Below, one piece after another: positions 47,551-61,265 of a stretch of 64,000 nucleotides of DNA. How positions within the stretch are numbered: position 1 is the stretch's first letter; each line of letters opens with the position of its first letter. The stretch lies in the NCBI RefSeq assembly GCF_009914755.1, contig NC_060930.1. One strand, written 5' to 3'. The stretch is from the human T2T-CHM13v2.0 reference genome, Homo sapiens. A program made the translations under genes and the position numbers. The notes below the pieces were generated by a model, which was given only the letters and a program-made list of their open reading frames with translations, was not told where the DNA came from and did not search any database.

Positions 47551-47761
47551 ACACAGCTGGCTAGAGAGGCTGGATCAAACTAAAATTAAACCCCTTAGAG
47601 GTACCGGTACATTGAAAGTAACTCTTCTGGCAACAGTGCCTCTCAGCCATTTGATTTTTTTTCTTGACCGTTTGATTTTTTCCTTCCACAAGCGTAGCTC
47701 CTTTATCTTTAAAATGAGAGAGTGGAATTAAGGAACCTTCGAAGTTTTATCCAAATGACAA
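47551..47761 (+). repeat. Unique 211-bp donor segment of the inverted duplication
   Basis: Matches 46656-46866 in reverse complement. Confidence 0.97.
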
Positions 47762-47809
47762 TTTGTGACTCTTTCATTTTTCTTTTTTTGTCCTCATCAA
47801 GACAGATGA

Positions 47810-48205
47810 ATTATATGATTGAGAGTTGGAAAGGAACATAGAAATAGATACACTAATCTTTTTGTCGTGAAAATGAGAAAATTCAGACTAAAGAAATTCA
47901 AATGATGTGCCCAAGGCTACACAGATGTAAAATGAAAACAAAAAAGGAAGAACTAGATTTAAATCATCAGTGCTTGACCACAAGGAAGGCCTAGGAGAGG
48001 AGATAACTGCTTGGATTTGGATGAAACAAACTGTGTTCAAATCCTGGATCTATTGCTCAGTGATCTGTAAAACTTAAGCGCAGTGACAACTTCTCTAACA
48101 TTCAATTTACCGTTTTGTGAAAAAGGAGTGACAGTGGCAAGATTTGTTTCCTAGGGCTGAGGTGGGCATTAAATGACACTGTTGTTGAAATACTCTCAAT
48201 AAATA
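47810..48205. mobile_element. Two MIR relics in opposite orientation
   Basis: atgagaaaattcagac...atgtgcccaaggctacacag (-); tgtgttcaaatcctggatct...ggcattaaatga (+). Confidence 0.5.
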
Positions 48206-48761
48206 GATGAGCTTCTTTTGAACAGTACAATGCGCTTTATGATGTTGATGTATGGACTTTGATCAGTGGGAGAAATCGTCAAATCCGGGTTTCTTTGCCA
48301 AGTTTTGAATGGAAATACATTGCATTGTCTCACAGGCGTCTATGACACACAGGAAGGTCAGGAGTCCTTCGCAAATTTGGTTTATGCTATTATTCAGAAT
48401 GGGTGAGTTTTAAAACTTTAATTAACCAAGTTAACCTATTTGTTTGCCAATGCGTGGAAGGTTGTATTGTTCTAACCACATTGCAACATTTTGGATAAAA
48501 GCGTAAATGTGGGTGTGGGAGGAAAAAAAAGAGAAACAGATTTGGATCAAAGCTACTGCGGAACAACTGCCACAGCACTCATTTTTTTCCCCCAAGGAAT
48601 AGCTGTGGTAGAGAGCAGTGCCAGCTTGGAGTTTGCAACGTCTATTTTCTAGCCAACGCTATGATTTTTATTCCTGTTTATTGACCAAAAATTGCTTCAT
48701 TTACTGAACCAACCACGTAGCGCAGCAGAGAGGCGGCTGTGGTTTCGCTGCCTGGGCCCTG

Positions 48762-48795
48762 AGCAATACCCACCTCTGTCCCATAGATGGCAGCA
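48762..48795 (+). promoter_or_regulatory. Candidate CTCF site with upstream motif
   Basis: AGCAATACCC-N5-TGTCCCATAGATGGCAGCA; core 12/14 to CCASYAGRKGGCRS plus a TGCAGTACC-like upstream element at the expected spacing. Confidence 0.6.
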
Positions 48796-49696
48796 TTTCA
48801 CAAACAACGCCGCCACCGGGACGCATTGAGAACTCAGCTCCAGTAATCTGTTGACAGGATTAAGGACCCCTGTTGTTTTACAGGAAGTAAATAAATCCTT
48901 ATGGTATTCTGGAAGGCTCAGAAGTATATGAGAGTGGTAGGAAATTGTTTATTCTATGGTAAAGGTATCAAATGAATATTTACAGCATTTAAAACAATTA
49001 CCTCGGATTGATGTGGACTGGTGTTAAAACTCAGCCTGTTTGCATTATCTAGTTTAGAGTATTTGTTCAACTTTTGCCCAGTAGGTTTAGTTTTTCTGAG
49101 TACAGAATTTCTTGCTAGCATAAGTTGATGGTGAATGCTAAGGCTGATAAGATGGTGATAATTTCTCTTTAGAAATTAAAATGTTATCTATTTGTGCAAA
49201 TCACTGTGTAAGAAAAACATAAACCACATGATACTGTAAACTCTAAGAACATGAAAAATAATGAAGAGAATAAAGGATGTAACAGTACAGGATGAATAGA
49301 AATATAGTAGGTGGGTTTAGGCAAAGGATTATCTTCAACTTTAAAATCCATTGAAATTGTCAATTTTAGACATGGAAAAGTTCTGTTATAAATCCAGACC
49401 ATTGAATGGTTTCAGTATTCTTAAATACATTTCTGAGATATTTCAAAAACGACACAGGGCAATAATCTAAGTGAATCAGTGAGATTTACCCAGGGGTGGA
49501 TTAAACAAGCCTACTCCTTAGATTTTCCACTGCCTTAGGGATGCACTATAATTTTCTATCCCTCATTTTTAGGCAACTTCCTTTACTCCATATGTTTCAA
49601 GAAGCTGATGATTTTTGAAAAGTACATTTGATTTGTGGTCATGACTCATTACCAAGTAAATAAATGATTATCATTTTGAGCTTCAACACACATTTT

Positions 49697-49822
49697 CTTT
49701 TTTAATTTATTTATTATTTATTATTTTTTAGAGACAGGATCTTACTATGCAGGGTCAAACAATCCTTCCACCTGGGTCTCCCAAAGTGCTGGGATTACAG
49801 GTATGAGCCACTGTGCCTGGCC
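49697..49822 (-). mobile_element. FLAM/Alu left monomer with internal deletion
   Basis: tttttagagacaggatcttactatg...ctcccaaagtgctgggattacagg...cctggcc; TSD-like caRcacacattt. Confidence 0.88.
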
Positions 49823-50639
49823 CACAGCACACATTTCAGATATCCAATTAAAAAAATGATCAAGTGACAATCTCTAATAAAATGTCTGCTCTTTTATAAT
49901 ATGACTTGTCTGTAAAGACTTCACTAGACACTAAATTCAATTTTTCTTTTTAGATTCAAGTGTGAAGTCGAAATGTTGATAATTTATTCACAAGATAATG
50001 CCCTGTACAACTCTTATTTTTATGAAGGATAATTGGATAAATTAGCCTTAATAACCAATGAAACTCATGCTCAAGTACTGGACATGCTATTAAGTCTGTC
50101 TCCATTGGGCATCTGAATTATTCTGGCCTTCAGTTTCCATATTGGTAAGATGTCTATCATAATGATTTTATATAAAACAGTGTTAGGAATCTGATATTGA
50201 CATCCAGTTTCTAAAGCCTTTCCTAAATTGTTAGGCAAACAAATGTTTAGTATTCAATTTACACAATGATATTCACTACCACTTATTAAACTGTTGCTTG
50301 TGTCGCCCCCCCCCCTTGTATTATGTCACATAATTGTGTAACTTTGTGGTGCAATCAATACTATTGATAAACAGTCAGTGCATCTTGGCTAGTCAAGATG
50401 TTGTCCGTCAAGAGTGTTTAGCTTGATAGAATTCAGCCAAGTGTAGTGAGAACATTGCACACTGTGTAGCATTGGTCACATAACTCAATAATACACAATC
50501 ATAGCGATGCACAGGTGACAATAGTCTAACCAGTAGCTGCTTTTTGTTTGTTTGTTTAAGATGATTTCCTTCGATGCTCTGCATACAGCTTCAGGAAAAT
50601 ATAGAATGCCAGTCTAAAGTAAAACCCTTTCCAATGCAT

Positions 50640-52095
<1,456 letters not shown>

Positions 52096-52829
52096 CTCCT
52101 CTGCATTTTTAAAGTCACTATTTTGTTTTAAACTTTATAATCAATCTTATATGAATATGCAACAAATCTATACACATCATCCTAATTAATTATCTCTCTT
52201 GACTTTTAAAATATAATTAAAAAGTTGTTTCTAGAACTATAAATAATCTTGACTGTTTATAAAGCAGTTTCATCAGTATTTTGAATTGCCTCTTTGAAAT
52301 CATATGATTACATATAAATAAGTGATATGGGCCAATATTTTTGAATGACTTAAGATATTTTCACAAAAACAGGGAAAATACCAAGACATTTGCCTAAAGC
52401 TTAGTAAGAATTCCAAACCTATAGTTTCCACGTCTTGTAATTTCTAGAACAAATTAAATACATACAAATTAAATAAATTAAATATAATAAAACATAGTCA
52501 TAATAAGACAAATCATTAACTAACATTTAATGAAAAGTGATTTAATTTCTTACTTTTGTATGATTGTTCATGTGAACATATTAAGAATCAGAGGAAAGTA
52601 AAATCCCCTTTTGAGTCCTAGAAATAAGGTCACTACACTGATGGTCTATTTCCTGCAACTCTTGTCTTAGTTCGTTAGACTCTATTACTGACATGGCCAA
52701 GGCCAGCATTCAGCCCCCACATGGCGTGTGGCTCTTCTCCAGCATGCATTCAGGTCTGCCTGTTGGCTTGGAAACATTTCTAATCCTGCCCTCATTTCTG
52801 GAACAAATGAGGCACTCAGGATTCTTCAT

Positions 52830-53390
52830 TACTTCAGGTACCTAGGTGGATTTCCCTTTTGGTCGCAAACACAACTTGACATCTTATTTTTTCCTACTTA
52901 ACGTCTCCGGCATCTATCTCTTCCTTTCAGTTCCCACTGCCCCCAAATCATCATCTCACATTAGGATACACTTCATAACCAACTGGGCTCCATTCCTGGT
53001 GTCGCTACCTTTTAATGTCACTAGAAAATTCTTCCTAAAAACCTCATTTTAAGAGCCATCGGTCGCTAATCCTGTCAGAGCCCTCCACTTGATTTTCAAG
53101 GCTGTAATCTAACCATGTCTTGACCATCCAATCTGATCTCCCATTCCTTGCCAGTGTGAACTCTGCAGATCAGCCCACCTCCTCATAGCTCAGAACATGG
53201 CATGTCATGCTCAGCTCAATGACTCTGCTCCTTTCCCCACATAAGGAATTGTCTCCCTTCTCCACCACCTATGTCCGACTCCCCTCCTTTAAGTGTCCAC
53301 ACTGATTTATCCACTGTTGTACCTCTGATTGGAACCGAGCCTGGAACATGGTAGAGACTCAATGACTAGCCCTTCGGAGTCTGAGTGAAC
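52830..53390 (+). mobile_element. L2 relic
   Basis: Pyrimidine-rich; ends gagcctggaacatggtagagactcaat. Confidence 0.55.
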
Positions 53391-53735
53391 CCAGAGGCCA
53401 CTTTGCCTGTGATGTTTATCTGAATATTCAGGTCACAGTGGCTTCTCTTTTCTCTAAAATCTTTCCATGCATATGGTCTGAATTGCACTTTTATATATCC
53501 TTTTATGTTCCTGAGTAGATCGGTCAACCAGTATTATTTCATATAGGATTTTATGCTATCATATTGTTTAATAACTACTGTGTTTAACAATAACTCGCTG
53601 GTCTATGCTTGCTTCCTTTTACATTTGAGAAACTGTCTCATGGCTTATGATTTGTACTGCAAAGTGATTTCTCCACAGGGAGGAGGCATAGCATGGTAGG
53701 TCAGCACATCCACATTAGATTCAGGTCAATGTGAG

Positions 53736-54096
53736 TGTGATGGATAATTTTATGTGTCAATCTAAGCTAAAATATGGCCAGGTAGCTGGTAAAACATTTC
53801 TGAGTGTGTCTGTGAGGATGTTTCCAGATGAGAGTAGCATTTTAAAAAATAGCCTGAGTAAAGAAGCTTGCTCTCATCAATGCACGTGCACCATCCAATC
53901 CATTGAGTGCCTAAATAGAACAAAAAGGCAGAGGTAGGGAAAATTTCTCTCCCTGGTACATTCATCTTCGCCTGCTGTAAATCATCAGCACTCCTGGTTC
54001 TTGTACCTTCAGACTTAAACTAAATTTCATATGTATGTGAATTTCATATATATATTTCTATTGATTCTGTTTCTCTGGAGACCCCTGACAAATACA
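53736..54096 (+). mobile_element. MLT2-family ERVL solo LTR
   Basis: tgtgatggataattttatgtgtcaa...tgtgtctgtgaggatgtttccagatgaga...ttctgtttctctggagacccctgacaaataca. Confidence 0.9.
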
Positions 54097-54106
54097 CTAA
54101 GTTTGA

Positions 54107-54484
<378 letters not shown>

Positions 54485-54992
54485 TGACTGACTTTTTCAA
54501 GTCAGATCTTTATTTATGATATGAAAAAATCTATCTCCTATGGTTCACATAAAGATTAAATAAAATTATATTTACAAAAATATAGAATGTTATTTGTTAT
54601 ATTGCAAACATTTGAATAAGACAATGGTTACTGTTTTTGTTATTGTTAGTATTTCATTGAACTCCAGCATGGAATCACTGACTTTACTACAAATTAGTGA
54701 CAACAAACTAGTAACAATGTGAGTTGTAATAATTCTTATGTGTTTTGAGACATGTCTCAATCATGTGAGAATAAAATTAGGGCATAGCAATTTCAAAATA
54801 ATTTGAAATTCTAGCTCTATTGCCTTTAATGAATGTGTTTGCTCTTTTCCTGTTTTAGTTCCATTGTCCATCAAATGAAAATCAGAATACTTACATCATA
54901 GGAATCTGAGTAGTTTTGTTTGATATTGAGAACATTTTGACAATACAAAGCACTGTAACTGAGTATTAAATATTTTAATGAATTTTACCTTG

Positions 54993-55366
54993 TCTATTAG
55001 TCCATTCTCGTGTTGCTATAAAGAACAGCTGAGACTGGATAATTTATAAAGAAAAGAGGTTTAATTGGCTCACACTTCTGCTGGCTGTATAGGCATGGCT
55101 GGGAAGGCCTCAGAAAACTTTCAATCATGGCGGAAGGTAAAAAGGAAGCAAGCACATTTACATAGCCAGAGAAGGAAGAAGAGAGTGAAGGAGGAGGGCT
55201 GTAGACTTTTAAACAACCACTTCTTGTGAGAACTAGCTATCATGAGAACAGCAGTGGGGACATCTGCCCCCATGATCCAGTCACCCCCTACCAGGCCTCT
55301 TCTCCAACACTGGTGGTTACAATTCAACATGAGATTTGGATGGGGCCACAAATCCAAACCATATCA
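54993..55366 (-). mobile_element. MSTA MaLR solo LTR
   Basis: tattagtccattct...gaaaagaggtttaattggctcac...acaaatccaaaccatatca. Confidence 0.92.
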
Positions 55367-55444
55367 ACTTGTATAAAGAGATAGCAGTAGCCACCAGTGT
55401 AGTCTGTTTAATACCTGAGACTTATGGCCTTCTAACTCAGGTTG

Positions 55445-55635
55445 TCCTGAGCTTTGGAATCAGACTGACCCACGTTTGAATCTAGGCTCTGCACCATAAC
55501 TGGGGCAACTTACCTACTATGTTCTCTGTCAGTTTCCTCATCTGTAAAATTTGGGTAATAAACTGTATCCTGCAGGTTTGTTCTAAGGCTTAAGTGAGAA
55601 CACGGCTGTACATATTAATGCTCAATAAATAACAA
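55445..55635 (+). mobile_element. MIR
   Basis: tttgaatctaggctctgc...tcagtttcctcatctgtaaaat...gctcaataaat. Confidence 0.85.
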
Positions 55636-55754
55636 TGATCTACAATCCTACATTTGTAAACAAGTTAACATGTTGAGTCAACAATGACTTATTAATCACC
55701 CGGACATGTTCATGGGTTAAATCCAGGTTGAGGCACAGTGAGAGGATTTGAAAG

Positions 55755-55870
55755 TCATTCAACAAATATGTATTGAAGAGTATGCATCTACCACCTGTCA
55801 GGTATTCTTCTAGGCATCCTGGTAGAGTGAACAAAACACAACCCCCTTCCTCATAGAGCTTTCATTCCAA
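55755..55870 (-). mobile_element. L2 3' end
   Basis: cattcaacaaatatgtattga...gtgaacaaaaca...cctcatagagctttcattc. Confidence 0.7.
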
Positions 55871-55899
55871 TTGATGGAATAATAGGTAAGAAATGCAAA

Positions 55900-56918
55900 A
55901 AAAGAACAACACATCAAAAAGATTATACATCATGAACAAGTGAGATTTATCCCTGACATTCAAGTCCAGTCTAATGTATGCAAATTAATCAATGTAGTAC
56001 ATGACATTAACACAATGCAAGATAAAAACCTCATGATTATCTCAATTGATGTGGAAAATGCATTTGACAAAGTTCAATGTATTTGCTTGATAAAGACTCT
56101 TAAGAGGTTAGGTATAAAAGGAAAGTTCCTCAGCATAATAAAGCCATTTATGAAAACCCCACAGCTGACAGTATCACCAGTGGGGAAAAACTGAAAACAT
56201 TTCCACTAAGATCTGCTACAAAGCAAGGATGCCTGCTTTTGCCACTTCCATTCAACATTGTACTGGAAGTGCTTGCCAGGGCAATCAGATAAGGAAAAGA
56301 AACCAAAGGCACTGAAATCTGATAGGGAGAAGTAAAATGATCTCTATTCGAAGATACATGATCCCATATGTAAAAAAGCCCAAAGATTCCACAGACACCA
56401 CCTTTAGAACTAATAAATAATTCAGTATGGAGGTTTCTAAGGAAATTAAAAGAGAGCTACCATAGGGCTATGCTGAGTGAAATAAGCCAGACAAGGAAAG
56501 ACAAATATTGCTTTATATCATTTATTAATAGATGTGGAATATAAAAACTAAATTTCAAATATACAGAGATAGAGAACAAAACAGTGTTACCAGGGGCTAA
56601 GGAGGGGTGGTGGGGAAGAAATGGGGAGATGTAGGTCAGAGGATACAAAGTAGCGGATATGTAGGATGAACAAAGCCAGAGACTTAATGTACAACTTCAG
56701 GACTGTAGGTAATGAAATTGTATGGCATAGGAGAGTCATGCTAAGTGAGTAGATTTTAGCTGCTGTTGCCACAAAAACAATCAAAATGGTTGACTGTGAG
56801 ATGATGGATATCTTCATTTGTTTCACCTTAGTAACCTTTTTAGTATCTCTATATATCCCATAATATCATGTTGTATACCTTAATTATACACAATAAATTC
56901 ATTAAATAAATAAATAAA
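55900..56918 (+). mobile_element. L1MA fragment (ORF2 RT piece joined to 3'UTR through internal deletions)
   Basis: ORF 55940..56194 contains MIISIDVENAFDKVQ (ORF2 RT motif IISIDAEKAFDKIQ); 3'UTR and (TAAA)n tail follow. Confidence 0.9.
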
Positions 56919-57615
56919 CCTTTCCAGGAAATAAGAAAAAGAAAGGAATGCATACATTGATGTTACAATTTACTTCTATAGTTAAGTCATAAAAATTTGA
57001 AACTTAAAAAAAAAAAAAAACAAGGAACAGGAAATTTAACTAAAGGCCTAAAACAACAGTTGCCAAGATGTTCTAAGAAAGGAAATGGTTAATTGTCAAG
57101 TGAATGTTATAAACAAATGTCCAAGAAGTTTTAAGTCATGTAAATCATTTTATACATGCTATGTAAATAACAAACATGTTTATGAAAGTTTTTCCCAAAC
57201 TCACTTTACTCTCAATTCAGTCTGTGTGCTGAGTGAGCAAGGGCTGTGCTATGTCATTTGTGCCCCCAAATGGGTGGTTCCCTAGGGTACCATGTCAGCA
57301 ATGAGTATTTTGGGGATATCTAATAAACAGAATTTGCACTGTTTTATTCTGTTAGCTAATAAAAACATTCAATTTCCAAAGCTCCTAGAAGAGCAGCTTT
57401 TAGACTTTGAGATCAAGCTGAAGGTCTTTAAGGTAAAACAAAAAATTTGGCTGTTGCGCTTACTTTTATATAGAGGACTTTGATCAGATCTCATAATAAA
57501 GAGGCTGTATAGAGTCCAAGACTGCTTTGTCAACGTCAGCAGACAGGATTTCTTCTTGTCACCAAGTGAAAGCTTATGATCAAGAAAGGGGGTCTTTTTT
57601 TTTTTTTCCCCGTAG

Positions 57616-57745
57616 GTGTCTTTGTGAAGCTTCCTATCTTTGCTTTTCAACTAAGATGAAACAGCATTTAAAAGAAAATGCCATGTGAGATGAGATCAGG
57701 AGAATGGATTCTTTCTTTCATCTGAATAGAGAGCTGCTGTTCGAG
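57616..57745 (+). other. Candidate 130-nt non-coding exon
   Basis: Long T/C tract then TAG|G acceptor; GAG|GTAACT donor; stops in all three frames. Confidence 0.3.
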
Positions 57746-58185
57746 GTAACTTTCAGCTTTTATTTTGTTTGGACACAATTGTCAAAATGTTTAACTCTTC
57801 CTTTCCAGAATTTGTCATTTGTGAAAAAAGATTGGTGACTGGCAAATAATTCTACTGATGTTAATGAACACAGATCTGATGAAGCAAACTCAGTATTATT
57901 TTGAGATAATACAATCGTGCAGAAGTAACCAACTAGACTTTTTACCTCCTTTTTACAGTGGGGAGCAGACACAAACTACATCAATTTGGTCTATTGAGCC
58001 AGAAATATGAAATATGACAAATAGCTGTGTTTTTTAAGCTTGAAACCAAATAAATTACAAACTCCCTGAAGAATTATACACTTGAGCTCTTTTAGGTAAC
58101 CTCTGGATCCTCAGAACCTATTTTATGGCTTTGGAAGCTGTTAAAACAAGTCATCAAGTGTTTTTGGGTCAAGGCATATAGTTCA

Positions 58186-58662
<477 letters not shown>

Positions 58663-59296
58663 TTAATAATGTCCTGCTGCCTTTTGAATACATGAATGCA
58701 AGAAACAGGGATAGTTGGTGAATGATTCACAGAGTCTCTATCACAAAGGACAGGAGTGCAAATGTGTTTCCTCCTGAGCTTAGGTGAGTTCAGAGAAAAA
58801 TGAAGGTGACTCGCTGGGTGAAGTATCAGGGAAGGAAGAAAATCAGGAACGTTCTATCAGAAAAAGAACATCAGGGACGTTCTGTCAGAGAAGGAAGGTC
58901 TCAAATGCAACTCACATTTTCAGATATCATTGAGGGGGGAAGAAAATTCCAAAATTTAGGGCTTTAATGGCAGAGAGCATTTTGAGCTAAAGTATATTAG
59001 CTAGTAGGTAATAGAAGGGAATTAAATGGGCAGTGTTCATCTTGGAGAAAGAGTAGGTGATGTGGTTTCGTGGCTGTGTCTGGAAAAGCAAACTTTCATG
59101 ACATGGGCTACCTGAGAAAGTAGCCTTAGGTGGTGGTGACAGAAGTGTTCACTTGTACCCTTGGCCTTTTCATTTTTGACACCAGCTGTTTTCACTTTCA
59201 CGCACGATTGAGTCTTTGCTGTCACACAGTTGCCGAATGTTTTCTTACTGCTCTTTCCTTTCCATTTGTCTAACATTCCAAATGCTTTATCTAATG

Positions 59297-59514
59297 CAAG
59301 ATTTCTCAGCCTTGGCCCTATTGACATTTTGGGCCAGAAAAGTCTTTATTATGTAAGCCTGTTTTGCAAATTGTAGGATGTTTAGCAGCATCTCTGACCT
59401 CCATCTTACAATTCACCAGTAACTTTCCCCACCCAGAGGTAACTACCGAAAATTTCTCCAGACCTTGCCAAATATCGTCTGGGGGGCAAAATTGCCCTGG
59501 GTGAGAATCACCGG
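59297..59514 (-). mobile_element. MER20 hAT-Charlie transposon
   Basis: ttctcagccttggccctattgacattttgggcc...ggatgtttagcagcatc...ctggggggcaaaattgccc...gagaatcac. Confidence 0.92.
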
Positions 59515-60109
59515 TCTACTTTCTACTTATTATGTAATCTGAAAAAGTTTATGCTAAAATTACATGTAATTCCCCAGAAATAATTTGCACGTGGTTGCAA
59601 ATTGGAAGAAAATCTAATCTGCCCATTAATTAGCGATTGGTGAATTGTCCTGAAATAGCAACTGGTGTCACATATCAAAACTTGTAATGTTTTCTTTGTT
59701 TCAGTTTTTGAAGGATGCTTTTGTATCTTTTTGGAAATCAAAGTCTTTTTTTAATCTATCTACCTGCCGAGTTTATTGCCTTGTAAACATGTTTCTTTTG
59801 AGTTAAAATATTCTGAACCTGTAAGGCCATGTCAATCAAGCCGGATCAATAGTAGTGCACAAAAAAATGAATCAAAAAAGAGTGTAAGTTCAAAACATAT
59901 TATCTATATGGGAGAAAGTCTCCTCATAAATGCCAACAATTATTGGCTTGAATTCAAAAGTGGAATAAATTTTGTCCTTGAGTACAAGAGTGATAGCAAA
60001 TAACCAATTTTAATATTTTATAGAGAGAGTTATAGCCATTTCCTGAACTACCTCTGATATTATTTCTGGAACTTTTTTTAAATTCTTAAGTGCTTAATGG
60101 CTCTGGAGG

Positions 60110-60305
60110 CAACTATGATAGAATGGCAAGTGCACTAGGCTAGGAGGCAGATGATCAGGTCTAAGTCTCCACCCTTCTAGAGAGGGAAGTCCCCAAATCC
60201 TTATCCAGAAAATGGGAAGCATAATAATCTCACAGAGGATTATTGTACAGTTGAGGCAGTGTAGACTGAATACTGAAATGCCAATCAGTGGAAAGGCACT
60301 ATGAA
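60110..60305 (+). mobile_element. MIR relic
   Basis: aagtgcactaggctaggaggcaga...ccttatccagaaaatggga...ctcacagaggattattg. Confidence 0.55.
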
Positions 60306-60747
60306 CATGATTTAATTTCTGTTTGTTAAAAATTATTAAACCTATTAAACAATCCTTAAAGGTTGCTTTAAGGATTTTCTGTGACACAGTTTTCCCAGGC
60401 AAGCTGCTTAACCAAACCTCGGGTCCGACTTTCCTAGGGGAATACCTGTGGCCGACACAATCTGAAACAAGAGCTTTACAAATCAAATCATATTTTGTAG
60501 ACATTAGGGGATACCGATATGGCAAAGAATTGTATGGCTATTTGCTTTTTTGGCAATAAATATAATTGTTCTATTTTTTCTGTTTTATGAATTTCTTGTT
60601 AGTATTGAGAATTCACGAAGGCTATGTGTAATACAAATAATTCTAAATACTACATTTTGTTTACTTAAAATAAAAATCTAAACTTCCTTTAATTCAATAT
60701 CACTCTCACTCCCATCTCACCACCCAGTCAAGTATTTTGATTGAACT

Positions 60748-60752
60748 CACAT

Positions 60753-60796
<44 letters not shown>

Positions 60797-60886
60797 AGAC
60801 ATGCACACACAGTCATATAGACACACACACAGACATACAGACACACAGACACACACATACAGATACACACACACAGACACACACAT
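60748..60886. repeat. (CA)n microsatellite with degenerate extension
   Basis: Pure CA run about 60759-60789, then CA/CAGA variants. Confidence 0.97.
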
Positions 60887-61265
60887 GCTGACAACTCACA
60901 GTTGATAATTCACCTCATTACAGCTCAGGAAGAGATTGTATAAAGAAAAACTGAGTGATGTAAATACATAAAATTGTTATAATATAATAAGATTTGGTGA
61001 TATTACAGCAAGGAGGAAAAATATAAGTAAGATATAATTTTGGTTATGGGACTTTAAAGCAACCTTTTTCATCCTCTAAAAAGTTTCCTGATGTTAGTTA
61101 ATTGGCACAAGAGAATGGAAGAAGAGATTCTTCTAGAGGATACACACCTTGTGTTTCCTATAAGATTCAGCAAAATGGAGAACAAAATATTTTCCTCAGG
61201 AATTAACTATATACAAATGATAAGGGAAGGAAATGGCATCATTTGTAGTAGGAAAATAATTAATT

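Noticed and set aside
46686-47731. Two ORFs encoding nearly the same peptide, suggesting a small gene family
   Set aside because: Fully explained by the 211-bp inverted DNA duplication; many differences change amino acids, so there is no sign of coding constraint
48720-48738. gcgcagcagagaggcggc as a second CTCF site
   Set aside because: Does not align to the core without a gap
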